64,000 bases of DNA from Alphaproteobacteria bacterium (GCA_028706255.1 JAQWBS010000001.1:23617-87616); one strand, 5' to 3'; shown: positions 7,466 to 18,756, numbered from the stretch's first letter. Made by a program: numbers and translations. The notes: generated from the sequence alone by a model not told the origin.

Positions 7466-8815
7466 CTATTTCTTTTTCTTTTTTCCAGCAAGTGCTGCTT
7501 TTTTAATCAAACTTTCATACTGGTGAGCAATCAAGTGTGATTGAATTTGAGTGACAAAGTCCATGGTAACTTGAACCACGATGAGGAGCGTTGTTCCACC
7601 CAAAATAAAAGGAACAGAAAATTTAGCAATTAAAATCTCTGGCAAAATACAAAGCAAAGTTAAATATGTTGCCCCTAAAACAGTCAGTCTTGTAATCACA
7701 TAATCTAAATATTCTGCTGTATTTTTACCTGGTCTAATCCCTGCAATAAATCCGCCATGCTTTTTCAAATTATCTGCTGTATCTTCAGGATTGAAAACCA
7801 CAGAAGTATAGAAGAAAGCAAAGAAAATAATTAAGAAGGCATAAAGAGCCAAATATAAAGGCTCACCATGTGCCAACATTCTACCCAAATCAGACAACCA
7901 ACCACTTCCTTTTTCAGCAAGATTAACAATTGTCACTGGAAGCAACAAAAGAGAGCTTGCAAAAATTGGAGGAATAACACCAGTTGGGTTAATTTTAAGT
8001 GGAAGATGTGAGCTTTCACTTGAAGCCATTCTGCCACCAACTTGTCTTTTTGGATATTGAATTGGAATTCTTCTTTGTGCTCTTTCAACAAAGATAATTA
8101 TATAAATCAAACCAGCTGCCATCAACAACAAACCAAAAATAACAGCCATAGACATTGAACCAACTCTACCTAGTTCAAATGTTCTTGCTAAAGCTGTTGG
8201 AATGTTGGCAATAATACCAACTGTGATAATAAGAGAAGAACCATTTCCCACACCACGAGCCGTGATTTGTTCACCTAACCAAACAATAAACATTGTTCCG
8301 CCAACAAGGGAAACAATCGTTGTGAAAACAAAAACAAACCCAGGGTTAACAACAGCAGATGAACCACCTGTGCCGACCATTCCCTGAAGTCCGACAGCAA
8401 TACCATAACCTTGAATAATTGTAATCAAGACAGTTAAGTATCTTGTGTATTTAGTAATTTTTCTTTGTCCAGCTTCACCTTCTTTTTTCATCGCTGCTAA
8501 AGAAGGAACAATTGACTGAGCCAATTGCAAAATAATTGAGGCTGAAATGTATGGCATAATATTAAGCGCAAAAATCGTCATACGCTCCAATGCGCCACCG
8601 GCAAACATATTAAACATTCCCAAAATGCCACCAGAATTTCTTGCGAAAACTTCTTGCAAAACTTTTGGGTCAATTCCCGGAAGCGGAATAAAAGTTCCTA
8701 AACGGAAAACTATCAAAGCTAAAACAGTGAACAAAAGTCTCTTTTTTAACTCTTCAGCCTTACTAAATGCAGACATATCCATATTGCCTGCCATTTTTTC
8801 TGCCAATGATGCCAT
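7466..8815 (-). CDS. secY: Preprotein translocase subunit SecY
   Basis: Ten-TM SecY-like sequence in the spc-operon position. Confidence 0.95.
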   Translation of the reverse strand: MASLAEKMAGNMDMSAFSKAEELKKRLLFTVLALIVFRLGTFIPLPGIDPKVLQEVFARNSGGILGMFNMFAGGALERMTIFALNIMPYISASIILQLAQSIVPSLAAMKKEGEAGQRKITKYTRYLTVLITIIQGYGIAVGLQGMVGTGGSSAVVNPGFVFVFTTIVSLVGGTMFIVWLGEQITARGVGNGSSLIITVGIIANIPTALARTFELGRVGSMSMAVIFGLLLMAAGLIYIIIFVERAQRRIPIQYPKRQVGGRMASSESSHLPLKINPTGVIPPIFASSLLLLPVTIVNLAEKGSGWLSDLGRMLAHGEPLYLALYAFLIIFFAFFYTSVVFNPEDTADNLKKHGGFIAGIRPGKNTAEYLDYVITRLTVLGATYLTLLCILPEILIAKFSVPFILGGTTLLIVVQVTMDFVTQIQSHLIAHQYESLIKKAALAGKKKKK

Positions 8816-8922
8816 CTCTATTTAATCCCTAAATAAATAACATTTCTAATTCAAAAATTTATAGGGCAGAAGCATACAGCTCATTCACTGCATCACAACC
8901 ACCCTACAAAAACACCTAAAAA

Positions 8923-9381
8923 TTAAGCTTGGATAAGATTAACCTTACCACCTGCTTTTTCAATTGCAGCAACAGCTGCTTTTGAAGCAGAATTTACAGA
9001 AATTGTAATGCCAGTTGTGATTGCGCCTCTAGCAAGCAATCTCACACCGTCATATTCTTTGCTGATAATTCCTGACGCCAACAAAGCTTCAATATCAACA
9101 GCTGAAGCAGTCAATTTACCTGCATCAACAGCTTTTTGAAGGGTGTCAAGATTAACCACTGCAAATTCTTTAGCAAAGTAGTTTTTAAATCCACGCTTAG
9201 GAAGTCTACGATAAATCGGCATTTGTCCGCCTTCAAAACCGTTGATAGCAACACCTGAACGTGATTTTTGACCTTTATAACCACGACCACCAGTTTTGCC
9301 TTTACCACTACCGATTCCACGACCAACGCGAATGCGATTCTTTGTAGCTCCTTGGTTATCTTTTAATTCATTAAGTTTCAT
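8923..9381 (-). CDS. rplO: 50S ribosomal protein L15
   Basis: [38 protein letters not shown] matches L15. The ATG at 9381 has an AGGTGA Shine-Dalgarno sequence. The track start at 9390 is GTG. Confidence 0.9.
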   Translation of the reverse strand: MKLNELKDNQGATKNRIRVGRGIGSGKGKTGGRGYKGQKSRSGVAINGFEGGQMPIYRRLPKRGFKNYFAKEFAVVNLDTLQKAVDAGKLTASAVDIEALLASGIISKEYDGVRLLARGAITTGITISVNSASKAAVAAIEKAGGKVNLIQA

Positions 9382-9420
9382 TTTATTCACCTAATACAAA
9401 CATTTAATCAATGGGTTAGA

Positions 9421-9506
9421 TAAAGTGGCGTGCTACGAAGCAAATTTTTGACGACGTGTATTCTTAACTACACGAGGAAAAAATTTACAAGTATGACACC
9501 ACTTTA
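9421..9506 (-). repeat. Copy B of the ~85-nt imperfect-palindromic element (rpmD|rplO spacer)
   Basis: TAAAGTGGcgtgCTACGaagcaaaTTTTTGACGAcGTGTAttcttaacTACACGAGGAAAAAAtTTacAAGTATGACACCACTTTA. The perfect 8-bp closing stem is TAAAGTGG/CCACTTTA. It ends 14 nt after the rpmD stop. Confidence 0.65.
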
Positions 9507-9520
9507 GCAAATCCCCCAAA

Positions 9521-9706
9521 TTATTCTTCGATACGAACGAGGTGAGATACCTTTTGTACCATACCTCTGATTGAAGGAGTATCCTCAAGAACAGAAACTC
9601 TACCCATCTTGTTAAGACCAAGACCGATAAGAACTGCTCTTTGCTCTTTTGGACGACCAATTGGACTTCCAACTTGAACTAATTTAATAGTTTTTTTCGC
9701 AGCCAT
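9521..9706 (-). CDS. rpmD: 50S ribosomal protein L30
   Basis: [31 protein letters not shown] matches L30. Confidence 0.9.
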   Translation of the reverse strand: MAAKKTIKLVQVGSPIGRPKEQRAVLIGLGLNKMGRVSVLEDTPSIRGMVQKVSHLVRIEE

Positions 9707-9709
9707 GGA

Positions 9710-10273
9710 TTAAACCTCCTCTACAATAGCTTTACCGTTTGAGTTTTCACGACGGCTTACAATATCACCAACTTTTTTACCACGCTTTGCAGCAATCATT
9801 CTTGGAGAATTATTACCTTTCAAAGCTTCAAAAGTTGCTTTAATCATATTGTATGGGTTGTTTGAGCCAACAGACTTCGCAACCACGTCTTGAATTCCCA
9901 AAGCTTCAAATACTGCACGCATCGCACCACCCGCGATAACTCCAGTACCGGCAGGAGCAGTTCTAAGGATAACCTTACCTGCACCATAACGACCGAAAAT
10001 ATCGTGGTGAAGAGTTCTACCCTCACGAAGAGGAACTCTAATCATATTTCTTTTTGCTTCGTTTGTTGCTTTAACAATAGCATCAGGAACTTCAGTTGCT
10101 TTTCCTGAACCATAGCCAACGCGACCTTTTTTGTCACCAACAACAACCACAGCAGCAAAAGACATTGTGCGACCACCTTTTACAGTTTTTGCAACTCTAT
10201 TAACGTGAACTAATTTTTCAACTAATTCTTCCGTTTTCTTTTCTGCCTTACGACGATCAATAGCTTGTGCCAT
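9710..10273 (-). CDS. rpsE: 30S ribosomal protein S5
   Basis: [24 protein letters not shown] matches S5. Confidence 0.95.
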   Translation of the reverse strand: MAQAIDRRKAEKKTEELVEKLVHVNRVAKTVKGGRTMSFAAVVVVGDKKGRVGYGSGKATEVPDAIVKATNEAKRNMIRVPLREGRTLHHDIFGRYGAGKVILRTAPAGTGVIAGGAMRAVFEALGIQDVVAKSVGSNNPYNMIKATFEALKGNNSPRMIAAKRGKKVGDIVSRRENSNGKAIVEEV

Positions 10274-10285
10274 TTTACTAATCTC

Positions 10286-10648
10286 CTAAAATTTCAAGCC
10301 AGCTGCTCTTGCAGCTTCAGCCAAAGCTTTTACACGACCATGGTAAATGTAGCCACCTCTGTCGAAGACAACTTCACTTAAACCAGACTTCAATGCTTTT
10401 TCAGCTACAAGCTTACCAATAAAACTAGCTGCTTCAATTGTAGATGATTTTTTCACGTTCTCTCTAACTTCTTTATCCAAAGTAGATGCGGAAACGATAG
10501 TAGAACCTTTAGCATCGTCAATAATTTGCGCATAAATATGTTTTCCACTGCGGAACACAGAAAGTCTGCTTTTTCCACCGGAAACTTTTTTCAAATCATA
10601 TCTAACACGCTCTTTTCTCTTGTTAAACAATTCTCTTGGCGTACTCAT
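10286..10648 (-). CDS. rplR: 50S ribosomal protein L18
   Basis: [17 protein letters not shown]...[19 protein letters not shown] matches L18. Confidence 0.95.
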   Translation of the reverse strand: MSTPRELFNKRKERVRYDLKKVSGGKSRLSVFRSGKHIYAQIIDDAKGSTIVSASTLDKEVRENVKKSSTIEAASFIGKLVAEKALKSGLSEVVFDRGGYIYHGRVKALAEAARAAGLKF

Positions 10649-10658
10649 TTATTTTTCC

Positions 10659-11195
10659 TTATTTCTTCTTACCTTCTTTACGACGTACATATTCACCAAC
10701 GTAACGAATTCCTTTTCCTTTGTAAGGTTCTGGTTTTCTATATTCGCGAATTTCAGCCGCAGTTTGACCTACTAAATCCTTATCAGCACCAAACACAGTA
10801 ATTTGGGTTGGTGATGTGCAAGTGATTGTAATGCCTTCAGGCGCAGGGAAAATCACATCATGAGAAAAACCAATCGAAAGGATTAATTCACTTCCTTGAA
10901 CACGTGATTTGTAACCAACACCAATAAGTTCTAGCTCTTTCTTAAAGCCTTCATTAACACCCAAAACAAGGTTATTAATTCTCGCCTTAACCGTACCCCA
11001 TAGAGTTCTAGATCTTTTGCTTTCAGATAAAGGAGCAACAACTACTTTACCTTCTTCCAATTTAACGTTGATAAGGCTGTTATCAAAATCATAATGAAGT
11101 TCGCCGAGTTTTCCCTTAGCAGTAACCACATTGTCTTTGATATCAACATTAACACCTTGAGGGACGATAACAGGATATTTACCAATTCTAGACAT
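10659..11195 (-). CDS. rplF: 50S ribosomal protein L6
   Basis: MSRIGKYPVIVPQGVNV...YKGKGIRYVGEYV matches L6. Confidence 0.95.
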   Translation of the reverse strand: MSRIGKYPVIVPQGVNVDIKDNVVTAKGKLGELHYDFDNSLINVKLEEGKVVVAPLSESKRSRTLWGTVKARINNLVLGVNEGFKKELELIGVGYKSRVQGSELILSIGFSHDVIFPAPEGITITCTSPTQITVFGADKDLVGQTAAEIREYRKPEPYKGKGIRYVGEYVRRKEGKKK

Positions 11196-11207
11196 ATCAC
11201 TTCCCCC

Positions 11208-11606
11208 TTAAAATACTTGACAAAGAACTTCACCGCCAACGTTAGATTTTCTAGCATCATGATCGCTCATAACACCCGCAGATGTTGAGATGATAGAAAT
11301 ACCCAAACCGTTGTAAACACGTGGAAGATCGTTTACACTTGCATAAACTCTTCTACCAGGTTTTGAAACACGGTGAATTTCAGTTATTACAGAAGTACCT
11401 TCATGATACTTCAATTGAATGCGAAGTTCGTCAATCCCAGCTTTAACATTGTATCTTTCGAAACCAACAATGTAGCCTTCTTTTTTAAGAACTTCTAAAA
11501 CATTTTCACGCAAACGAGAAGCTGGTGATACCACTTCAGTCTTCTTCGCTCTTTGTGCGTTTCTAATGCGAGTGAGCATATCGCCCAATGGATCAGAAAT
11601 AGACAT
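11208..11606 (-). CDS. rpsH: 30S ribosomal protein S8
   Basis: [18 protein letters not shown] matches S8. Confidence 0.95.
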   Translation of the reverse strand: MSISDPLGDMLTRIRNAQRAKKTEVVSPASRLRENVLEVLKKEGYIVGFERYNVKAGIDELRIQLKYHEGTSVITEIHRVSKPGRRVYASVNDLPRVYNGLGISIISTSAGVMSDHDARKSNVGGEVLCQVF

Positions 11607-11619
11607 TATTATAATCTCC

Positions 11620-11925
11620 CTACCAGCTTGATTTTACTAAACCAGGGATTTCGCCATATCCAGCCAAATCTCTAAGTTTGATACGTGCTAAACCGAATTT
11701 AGAATAGTAACCACGAGGACGACCCGTCAATTTACAACGATTTCTAAATCTGATTTTTGCAGAGTTGCGTGGCAATTCAGCCAACTTCAACGTTGCTTGA
11801 AATCTTTCTTCAGGAGAAAGAGTTTTGTTCATTACAGTTTCTTTAAGAGTTGCACGACGCTTTGAATATTTCTCAGCTTGTTCGGCTCTCTTCAAGTTTC
11901 TATATACTGCACTTTTCTTTGACAT
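11620..11925 (-). CDS. rpsN: 30S ribosomal protein S14 (long, non-zinc form)
   Basis: [10 protein letters not shown]...[28 protein letters not shown] matches S14. The ATG at 11925 has a GGAG Shine-Dalgarno sequence. The upstream in-frame ATG would overlap rplE. Confidence 0.9.
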   Translation of the reverse strand: MSKKSAVYRNLKRAEQAEKYSKRRATLKETVMNKTLSPEERFQATLKLAELPRNSAKIRFRNRCKLTGRPRGYYSKFGLARIKLRDLAGYGEIPGLVKSSW

Positions 11926-11939
11926 TTCTTTTTCTCCAA

Positions 11940-12479
11940 TTATTTCTTGCAAGGAACGTTGAAACCAAGAAGAAGTTCTTTTGCTTCTTCGTTGCTCTTT
12001 GCTGTTGTGCAGATCACAATGTCCATTCCTCTGATGTTTTCAACTTTATCATAGTTGATTTCAGGGAAAATGATTTGTTCTTTAATACCAAACGCAAAGT
12101 TGCCTCTTCCATCAAAATTCTTACCTTGAATTCCGTGGAAGTCTCTAATACGAGGCAATGCAATGTTCACTAATCTTTCCAAAAATTCATACATTTTTTC
12201 AGAACGAAGTGTTACTTTGCAACCAATTGGCATTTCTTCTCTAAGTTTGAAGGTAGCAATTGATTTGCGAGCCTTAGTAATAATAGGCTTTTGTCCGGCA
12301 ATAAGAGCAAGTTCATCAACAGCTGTGTTAAGTTTTTTCTTATCAACAACCGCTTCACCTACACCCATATTCAAAACGATTTTAGTCAGTTTTGGAATCT
12401 CATGTGGATTATTGTAACCGAATTTCTCCACAAGAGATTTTTTTATGACTTCGTCGTATAGTTTTTTGTAATTTGTCAT
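11940..12479 (-). CDS. rplE: 50S ribosomal protein L5
   Basis: [20 protein letters not shown] plus the L5 N-terminal consensus. Confidence 0.95.
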   Translation of the reverse strand: MTNYKKLYDEVIKKSLVEKFGYNNPHEIPKLTKIVLNMGVGEAVVDKKKLNTAVDELALIAGQKPIITKARKSIATFKLREEMPIGCKVTLRSEKMYEFLERLVNIALPRIRDFHGIQGKNFDGRGNFAFGIKEQIIFPEINYDKVENIRGMDIVICTTAKSNEEAKELLLGFNVPCKK

Positions 12480-12490
12480 AAATTTTTCTC

Positions 12491-12811
12491 CTACTTCTCG
12501 ATTACTTCACCAGATTTGCGAGCAAAACGAACTTTTTTGCCGTCAACATCTTTATATCCAACTTTTGTTGCTTTTCCAGATTTTGGATCAACCAACGCAA
12601 CGTTAGAAACACTGATTGGGGCTTCTTTAGTCACGATGCCACCAGGATTAGTCTGACTTGGTTTTTGGTGTCTTTTAACCAAATTAACACCTTGAACCAA
12701 AACTTTACCATCTTTTGGCATTGCTCTTAGAATTTCACCAACTTTTCCTTTATCTTCACCTGAGATAACGATAACTTGGTCACCTTTTTTAATTTTTAAC
12801 TTAATAGGCAT
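12491..12811 (-). CDS. rplX: 50S ribosomal protein L24
   Basis: [23 protein letters not shown] (KOW motif) matches L24. Confidence 0.95.
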   Translation of the reverse strand: MPIKLKIKKGDQVIVISGEDKGKVGEILRAMPKDGKVLVQGVNLVKRHQKPSQTNPGGIVTKEAPISVSNVALVDPKSGKATKVGYKDVDGKKVRFARKSGEVIEK

Positions 12812-12812
12812 C

Positions 12813-13181
12813 TTATAACACCTCCGGTGCTAATGAAATTATTTTCATAAATTTTTTCGCACGCAATTCTCTTGTAACTGGTCCAAAGATACGAGTTCCA
12901 ATAGGTTCTCCATCTTTGTTGATAAGAACTGCAGCATTTGTGTCAAAACGGATAACTGAACCATCTTTACGACGGACATCACTTGCTGTTCTAACAATAA
13001 CAGCTTTGTGAACATCACCCTTCTTCACACGACCTTTAGGCAACGCTTCTTTAATAGAAACGACAATAACGTCACCAACGCTTGCATGCATTCTCTTAGA
13101 ACCACCGAGAACTTTTATGCACTGCACCTGACGAGCTCCGGAATTGTCCGCAACTTCTAGGTTGGTTTGCATTTGAATCAT
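12813..13181 (-). CDS. rplN: 50S ribosomal protein L14
   Basis: [17 protein letters not shown]...[11 protein letters not shown] matches L14. Confidence 0.95.
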   Translation of the reverse strand: MIQMQTNLEVADNSGARQVQCIKVLGGSKRMHASVGDVIVVSIKEALPKGRVKKGDVHKAVIVRTASDVRRKDGSVIRFDTNAAVLINKDGEPIGTRIFGPVTRELRAKKFMKIISLAPEVL

Positions 13182-13201
13182 TTTTCAATTCCTTCTATAT
13201 A

Positions 13202-13438
13202 CTAGGCGTTATCAACTAATACAGTCCAAGTTTTTGTTTTTGATATTGGACGAGATTCAACGATTCTCACAACATCTCCAACTTTGAACTGATTATTTTC
13301 ATCGTGAGCAGCATATTTCTTGCTTCTCTTGATAAATTTTTTGTAAACAGGGTGCAAAACTTGACGCTCTACGCTGACCACGACAGTCTTGTCACCTTTA
13401 TCACTTACAACTACTCCTTGAAGAATTCTTCTAGGCAT
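13202..13438 (-). CDS. rpsQ: 30S ribosomal protein S17
   Basis: [25 protein letters not shown] matches S17. The ATG at 13438 has an AGGAG Shine-Dalgarno sequence. The longer track ORF would overlap rpmC. Confidence 0.9.
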   Translation of the reverse strand: MPRRILQGVVVSDKGDKTVVVSVERQVLHPVYKKFIKRSKKYAAHDENNQFKVGDVVRIVESRPISKTKTWTVLVDNA

Positions 13439-13448
13439 ATTTTTTCTC

Positions 13449-13646
13449 CTAATTCTTCTTCTTAAGCTCAGCAATGAGCGAATTAATTTTTGCAATTTCG
13501 CGACGGACTTTTCTTACCACAGCTGTGTTAGAAAGTTGTCCAGTTGCTTGTTGAACACGAAGATTGAATTGCTCTTTTTTATTAGCAAGCAATTTTGCTT
13601 CAAGTTCATCTAAACTCATAGCGCGAAGATCTTTAGTTTTTACCAT
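13449..13646 (-). CDS. rpmC: 50S ribosomal protein L29
   Basis: [32 protein letters not shown] matches L29. Confidence 0.9.
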   Translation of the reverse strand: MVKTKDLRAMSLDELEAKLLANKKEQFNLRVQQATGQLSNTAVVRKVRREIAKINSLIAELKKKN

Positions 13647-14074
13647 TATTCTTCCCCTAAATCAGAATTCAAACGTTGAACAAACTTAGTCTTCACTGGC
13701 AATTTTGCTGCACCAAGTGCAAATGCTTCACGAGCCATTTCTTCGCTAACATCTGCAAGTTCAAACAAAATACGACCAGGTTTAACTCTAGCTGCCCAAT
13801 ATTCTACGGATCCTTTACCTTTACCCATACGAACTTCGGCTGGTTTGTCGGAAACAGGAACATCAGGGAAAATTCTGATCCAAAGCTTACCGGCTCTTTT
13901 CATTTGACGACTGATTGCACGACGAGCTGCTTCAATTTGACGAGCTGTCACACGTTCAGGGGTAAGAGCTTTCAAGCCAAACTGACCAAAACTCAAGCTC
14001 GAACCGCCTTTTGCATCACCGTGAATACGGCCTTTATGCATTTTGCGGAACTTTAATCTTTTCGGACTTAACAT
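13646..14074 (-). CDS. rplP: 50S ribosomal protein L16
   Basis: [16 protein letters not shown] matches L16. Confidence 0.95.
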   Translation of the reverse strand: MLSPKRLKFRKMHKGRIHGDAKGGSSLSFGQFGLKALTPERVTARQIEAARRAISRQMKRAGKLWIRIFPDVPVSDKPAEVRMGKGKGSVEYWAARVKPGRILFELADVSEEMAREAFALGAAKLPVKTKFVQRLNSDLGEE

Positions 14075-14090
14075 TTTACTTTAACCTCAA

Positions 14091-14759
14091 TTACTTTTGT
14101 TCAGCCAACTTCTTGTCTTGTGCCATTGGATCATGAGACATGATTTCACCTTTGTAAATCCAAGTCTTAATTCCAATTGCACCATAAGTCGTACGAGCTG
14201 TTGAAGTTGCATAATCAATGTCCGCACGAAGTGTGTGCAACGGAACACGACCTTCACGGTAGTATTCTGTTCTAGCGATTTCAGCACCGCCCAAACGTCC
14301 GGAACAACTAACTTTGATACCTTCTGCGCCAAGGCGAAGAGCAGACTGCATAACTCTTTTCATTGCACGACGGAAAGAAACACGTCTTTCAAGTTGTTGT
14401 GCAACAGAGTCAGCAACCAACTGAGCATCAATTTCAGGTTTTCTAACTTCAACAATATTAAGTTGTACTTCGCTGTCAGTCATTTTTTGAATTTCTTTTC
14501 TAAGTCCTTCAATGTCTTGACCTTTTTTACCAATTACAACACCAGGTCTTGCAGAATGAATTGTTACTCTTGCTTTCTTAGCAGGGCGTTCAATCACAAC
14601 CTTGCTCACACCAGCTTGAGCCAATTTTTCTTTCAAGAATTCCTTAATCTTCAAATCTTCATGAAGGTAGTCAGAATAAGCACCATCTGCATACCAACGA
14701 GAATCCCAAGTACGGTTAATACCTAAACGAAGACCTGTAGGATTTACTTTTTGTCCCAT
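14091..14759 (-). CDS. rpsC: 30S ribosomal protein S3
   Basis: [24 protein letters not shown] with KH domain and S3-C matches S3. Confidence 0.95.
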   Translation of the reverse strand: MGQKVNPTGLRLGINRTWDSRWYADGAYSDYLHEDLKIKEFLKEKLAQAGVSKVVIERPAKKARVTIHSARPGVVIGKKGQDIEGLRKEIQKMTDSEVQLNIVEVRKPEIDAQLVADSVAQQLERRVSFRRAMKRVMQSALRLGAEGIKVSCSGRLGGAEIARTEYYREGRVPLHTLRADIDYATSTARTTYGAIGIKTWIYKGEIMSHDPMAQDKKLAEQK

Positions 14760-14763
14760 TTAC

Positions 14764-15138
14764 TTACTCCCCACGCTCGGTTAAAACGATAGTTAAATTT
14801 GAGAAAGGTTTCAATACTCTTGCAGCTCTTCCGCGACCACGGGCATGCATGCGTTTCATAACCAAACCTTTACCAACATAAGCTTCACTAACATACAATT
14901 TGTCAATATTCAAATTGTTATTATTTTCTGCATTCGCAACTGCTGAATTAAGAACATTCAACACAACATTTGCAATTCTCTTCTTTGAGAAGCTAAGTTC
15001 AGCCACAGCCTTTTCGACATTAAGACCACGAACAGATTGTGCAACCAAGTTAAGCTTTCTTGGGGAAGTACGAATTGAGTGACAAATCGCCATAGCTTGA
15101 TTTGCTTCAATTCTTTTTTTATTACTTGCTTGTCCCAT
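14764..15138 (-). CDS. rplV: 50S ribosomal protein L22
   Basis: AICHSIRTSPRKLNLVAQSVRG matches L22. Confidence 0.95.
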   Translation of the reverse strand: MGQASNKKRIEANQAMAICHSIRTSPRKLNLVAQSVRGLNVEKAVAELSFSKKRIANVVLNVLNSAVANAENNNNLNIDKLYVSEAYVGKGLVMKRMHARGRGRAARVLKPFSNLTIVLTERGE

Positions 15139-15419
15139 TATTTACCTCTCTTAGCTTTTTTATCTGCAGCGTGACCGTAATATGTACGAGTAGGCGCAAA
15201 TTCACCAAACTTATGTCCAACCATATCTTCTGAAACCAAAACTGGAATAAATTTGTGACCATTATGCACACCAAAAGTAAGTCCAACGAACATTGGAAGA
15301 ACAGTTGATCTACGAGACCACATTTTAATCACTTCATTACGGCTAGAAGCTTTGGACTTGTCTGCTTTCTTTAGAAGATAGCCATCAACAAACGGCCCTT
15401 TCCATACGGAACGTGTCAT
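15138..15419 (-). CDS. rpsS: 30S ribosomal protein S19
   Basis: [18 protein letters not shown]...[13 protein letters not shown] matches S19. Confidence 0.95.
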   Translation of the reverse strand: MTRSVWKGPFVDGYLLKKADKSKASSRNEVIKMWSRRSTVLPMFVGLTFGVHNGHKFIPVLVSEDMVGHKFGEFAPTRTYYGHAADKKAKRGK

Positions 15420-15431
15420 CAGCGTTTCTCC

Positions 15432-16268
15432 CTATTTCTTCTTGTTATCACGACGGCTTCTCATAATGAACTTATCCGTCTTTTTGTTTGAACGAGTTTT
15501 TCCACCCTTAGTTGGTTTACCCCAAGGAGTAACCGGATGACGACCACCAGATGTACGGCCCTCACCACCACCCATTGGGTGATCAACTGGGTTCATTGCA
15601 ACACCACGAGATACTGGTCTCATACCCAACCAACGAGAACGACCTGCTTTACCAAGTGATTTGTTTTGGTTGTCATGATTAGATACAGCACCAACTGTTG
15701 CTAAGCATTCTTCACGAACTACTCTGAGTTCACCAGAGCTTAATTTAATTTGAGCATAACCAGCATCTTTACCAACAAGTTGTGCATAACAACCTGCAGA
15801 TCTTGCCAATTGTCCACCTTTACCGCTTCTCATTTCCACGTTGTGAACGATTGTACCAACTGGCATATTCTTAAGAGGCATTGCATTACCTGGTTTAATA
15901 TCAGCTTTTGCAGATGCAATCACTTTGTCACCAGCTTTTAATCTCTGAGGAGCCAAAATATAAGCCTGTTCGCCATCAGCATAGCTAATTAAAGCAATAA
16001 AAGATGTACGGTTAGGGTCATATTCAATTCTCTCAACTGTTGCCTCAACATCGAACTTATTACGCTTAAAATCAATGATACGGTACTTTTGTTTGTGTCC
16101 GCCACCAATTCTACGACTTGTAACATGTCCAAAATTATCGCGCCCACCAGTCTTAGTAAGACCGATTGTCAAAGACTTCACAGGAGCTCCTTTATAAAGC
16201 TCTGATCTATCAACTATAACAAGTTGACGAAGTCCTGGCGATGTAGGCTTAAATGTTTTTAACGCCAT
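15432..16268 (-). CDS. rplB: 50S ribosomal protein L2
   Basis: [15 protein letters not shown]...[21 protein letters not shown] matches L2. Confidence 0.95.
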   Translation of the reverse strand: MALKTFKPTSPGLRQLVIVDRSELYKGAPVKSLTIGLTKTGGRDNFGHVTSRRIGGGHKQKYRIIDFKRNKFDVEATVERIEYDPNRTSFIALISYADGEQAYILAPQRLKAGDKVIASAKADIKPGNAMPLKNMPVGTIVHNVEMRSGKGGQLARSAGCYAQLVGKDAGYAQIKLSSGELRVVREECLATVGAVSNHDNQNKSLGKAGRSRWLGMRPVSRGVAMNPVDHPMGGGEGRTSGGRHPVTPWGKPTKGGKTRSNKKTDKFIMRSRRDNKKK

Positions 16269-16271
16269 TTT

Positions 16272-16589
16272 CTATATTCCTGTTGTAATATCAATATTTT
16301 GACCATCAGCTAAAGTAACAATCGCTTTCTTATAGTCAGATCTTTGACCGATACGACCTTTGAAAACTTTTTCCTTACCAAACTGACGAACTGTATTAAC
16401 TTTAACAACCTTAGTGTTAAAAATGCTTTCAACAGCAGATTTAACTTCACCCTTAGTTGCGTCCAATGGAACCATAAAAGTTACTTTTCCAGCTTCTGAA
16501 GAAATCATTGACTTTTCAGTAATTACCGGACGAACCAATGTATCATACATTTTTGCAGTTACATCATTTGTCTTTTTTGACTTAGCCAT
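16272..16589 (-). CDS. rplW: 50S ribosomal protein L23
   Basis: Matches the L23 family, in its S10-operon position. Confidence 0.9.
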   Translation of the reverse strand: MAKSKKTNDVTAKMYDTLVRPVITEKSMISSEAGKVTFMVPLDATKGEVKSAVESIFNTKVVKVNTVRQFGKEKVFKGRIGQRSDYKKAIVTLADGQNIDITTGI

Positions 16590-17205
16590 TTAATCTCTCC
16601 TCTAAGCAAGCAATAGCATCTTTAGTCAAAACAAGTTTGTTTTTTCTCAAGATGTCATATACGTTTGCACCCACAGCCGGAAGAACATCAACATTAACAA
16701 TATTTCTACTTGCCAATGCGAAGTTCATATCAACTTCCTTACCATCGATGATTAAACAATTATTCAAACCACAAGTGTCCAACTTAACGAGCAAGTCTTT
16801 TGTTTTTGGAGTTGAAATTTTTGTGCTTTCAACGATAACAAGGTTTCCTTCTTTTGCTTTCGCAGACAAAGCTGTCTTCAAACCCAAAGCACGGAATTTT
16901 TTAGTCAAGTCATGAGAATGATCTCTTACAACTGGACCAAACACAATTCCACCCTTTCTGAATTGAGCAGTCTTACGAGAACCTTGACGAGCGCGACCAG
17001 TTCCTTTTTGCTTGAAAGGTTTTGCACCTGTCATAGCAACTTCTGATCTACCCTTCGTTTTGTGATTACCAGATTGCATTCTGGCAAGTTGCCATCTCAC
17101 AACTCTTTGCAAGATGTCTGCACGAACTTCAAGACCGAAAATAGATTCGTTCAAAGAAATTGTGCCAACTTTTTCATTATCTAAATTTAAGATGTCCTGT
17201 TTCAT
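16582..17205 (-). CDS. rplD: 50S ribosomal protein L4
   Basis: Matches the L4 family (ARQGSRKTAQFRKGGIVFGP). Confidence 0.95.
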   Translation of the reverse strand: MKQDILNLDNEKVGTISLNESIFGLEVRADILQRVVRWQLARMQSGNHKTKGRSEVAMTGAKPFKQKGTGRARQGSRKTAQFRKGGIVFGPVVRDHSHDLTKKFRALGLKTALSAKAKEGNLVIVESTKISTPKTKDLLVKLDTCGLNNCLIIDGKEVDMNFALASRNIVNVDVLPAVGANVYDILRKNKLVLTKDAIACLEERLNG

Positions 17206-17224
17206 TTTTATCCATCCTTAAAAG

Positions 17225-17950
17225 TTATGCATTATCAGCTGAAGTTTGTTCAGCTTTAACTGCAACAGGTTCATCAACTTTCTTAAGCCCTGCAGGCATA
17301 GGAAGCTCCACTTTAGATTGTTTTTTGATTGCGTCTGTAATACGAACCCAAGCGTTTTCACCACCAGGAACCGCACCTTTAACCAAAACTAAACCTCTAG
17401 CAGAATCAACAGCTACAACACGCAAGTTTTGAACAGTTTTACGTTCATCACCCATGTGACCAGCCATCTTCTTATTCTTAAATACCTTACCAGGATCTTG
17501 TCTTTGACCCGTAGATCCGTGAGCTCTGTGTGTAACAGACACACCGTGAGAAGCTTCCATACCAGCAAAGTTATGACGCTTCATTACACCGGCAAAACCT
17601 TTACCGATTGAAGTAGAACAAACGTCAACATATTGACCAGCAACGAAGTGTTCAACGCTCAAAGTGTCACCCACATTCAACAAGCACTCTTCAGAAACTC
17701 TGAATTCACCAAGTTTCTTCTTAGGCTCTACATTAGCTTTTGCGAAATGCCCTTTCATAGGCTTAGATACGTTCTTCGCTTTCACAGCACCAGTACCCAA
17801 CTGAACAGCAGTATAACCATCTCTGTCAGCAGTTCTAACGTCAACAACAGTTAAGTCTTCAACTTGTAGAACAGTCACAGGAACATGAGCACCACCGGCT
17901 TCAAAAACGCGAGACATTCCAAGCTTTTTAGCAATTAGACCCGTACGCAT
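17225..17950 (-). CDS. rplC: 50S ribosomal protein L3
   Basis: [16 protein letters not shown]...[13 protein letters not shown] matches L3. Confidence 0.95.
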   Translation of the reverse strand: MRTGLIAKKLGMSRVFEAGGAHVPVTVLQVEDLTVVDVRTADRDGYTAVQLGTGAVKAKNVSKPMKGHFAKANVEPKKKLGEFRVSEECLLNVGDTLSVEHFVAGQYVDVCSTSIGKGFAGVMKRHNFAGMEASHGVSVTHRAHGSTGQRQDPGKVFKNKKMAGHMGDERKTVQNLRVVAVDSARGLVLVKGAVPGGENAWVRITDAIKKQSKVELPMPAGLKKVDEPVAVKAEQTSADNA

Positions 17951-18012
17951 TATATTTTACCCTTTTCAATAGGTTGATTTTTACTTTTTCAAAAAACCAA
18001 CTTTGTTATAAA

Positions 18013-18324
18013 TTAAAGTTTAATTTCGACATTCACACCAGCTGCCAAGTCTAATTTCATTAGTGCATCAACAGTTTGTGGTGTTGGGTCTACGATATCA
18101 AGAAGTCTCTTATGTGTACGAATTTCGAACTGTTCACGAGATTTTTTATCAACGTGAGGAGAACGGTTAACAGTAAACTTCTCAATTTGTGTTGGAAGAG
18201 GAATTGGTCCTCTTACATTTGCCCCAGTTCTTTTGGCAGTATGAACGATTTCTTTAGTAGAAAGGTCCAATAATCTGTGATCAAAAGCCTTAAGGCGAAT
18301 TCTTATATTTTGTGCATCCATCAT
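18013..18324 (-). CDS. rpsJ: 30S ribosomal protein S10
   Basis: [16 protein letters not shown]...[12 protein letters not shown] matches S10. The start may be the second Met. Confidence 0.95.
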   Translation of the reverse strand: MMDAQNIRIRLKAFDHRLLDLSTKEIVHTAKRTGANVRGPIPLPTQIEKFTVNRSPHVDKKSREQFEIRTHKRLLDIVDPTPQTVDALMKLDLAAGVNVEIKL

Positions 18325-18726
18325 TTTAAATACTTTTCCAAATATTTATTAATATAACTAGACGACAAAAATCTAGCCTTAGCCAAACATTGCCATCTAA
18401 ACTAAAAACAAGCGAACCATTGATTCAAGAGGGTTTGCCCTATGTTCTATACCCTATGAGATATCCCATAAAATAAAAATCTGAAGACGTTGTAACATAA
18501 GCCCACTGAATATGCAAGCGCTTTTTTCAAAAATTTTCCACTTTTTTCATTTTTTATTTTCAACGCAATCAAAGACTCTGATTCGCAGAGAATCTGATAG
18601 ACAAATTTGCTTTTGAGTCTATCGAGTCAATAATTCATCTTTTATTAACCTTGTTGTATTTCACTAAAAAACAAAATTATTAAAAGTTTTTTTCAACTTT
18701 TAATAACGGATTATATAGTTTATCAT

Positions 18727-18756
18727 TTTATACACAAAATCGTACAAATTTGTCAA
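18727..18756 (-). promoter_or_regulatory. Candidate sigma70 promoter for the S10 operon (TTGACA-18-TATAAA on the minus strand)
   Basis: Hexamers read directly on the reverse strand. It would give a leader of about 400 nt. There is no transcript evidence. Confidence 0.25.

Noticed and set aside
13676-14056. Plus-strand ORFs of 60-200 aa (13676-14056, 14235-14726, 23278-23895, 8202-8387, 8547-8825 and many others) lying inside minus-strand ribosomal-protein, tuf, fusA and secY genes
   Set aside because: They sit entirely antisense to strongly conserved genes. They have biased, low-complexity translations (C/F/N/S-rich) and no Shine-Dalgarno sequences. They are typical shadow ORFs.
18540-18600. 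Small hairpins (CTCTG-attcg-CAGAG and similar) in the S10 leader as an L4-type attenuator
   Set aside because: The stems are short, no U-run follows, and there is no similarity to the enterobacterial S10 leader. There is not enough evidence to call a regulatory structure.
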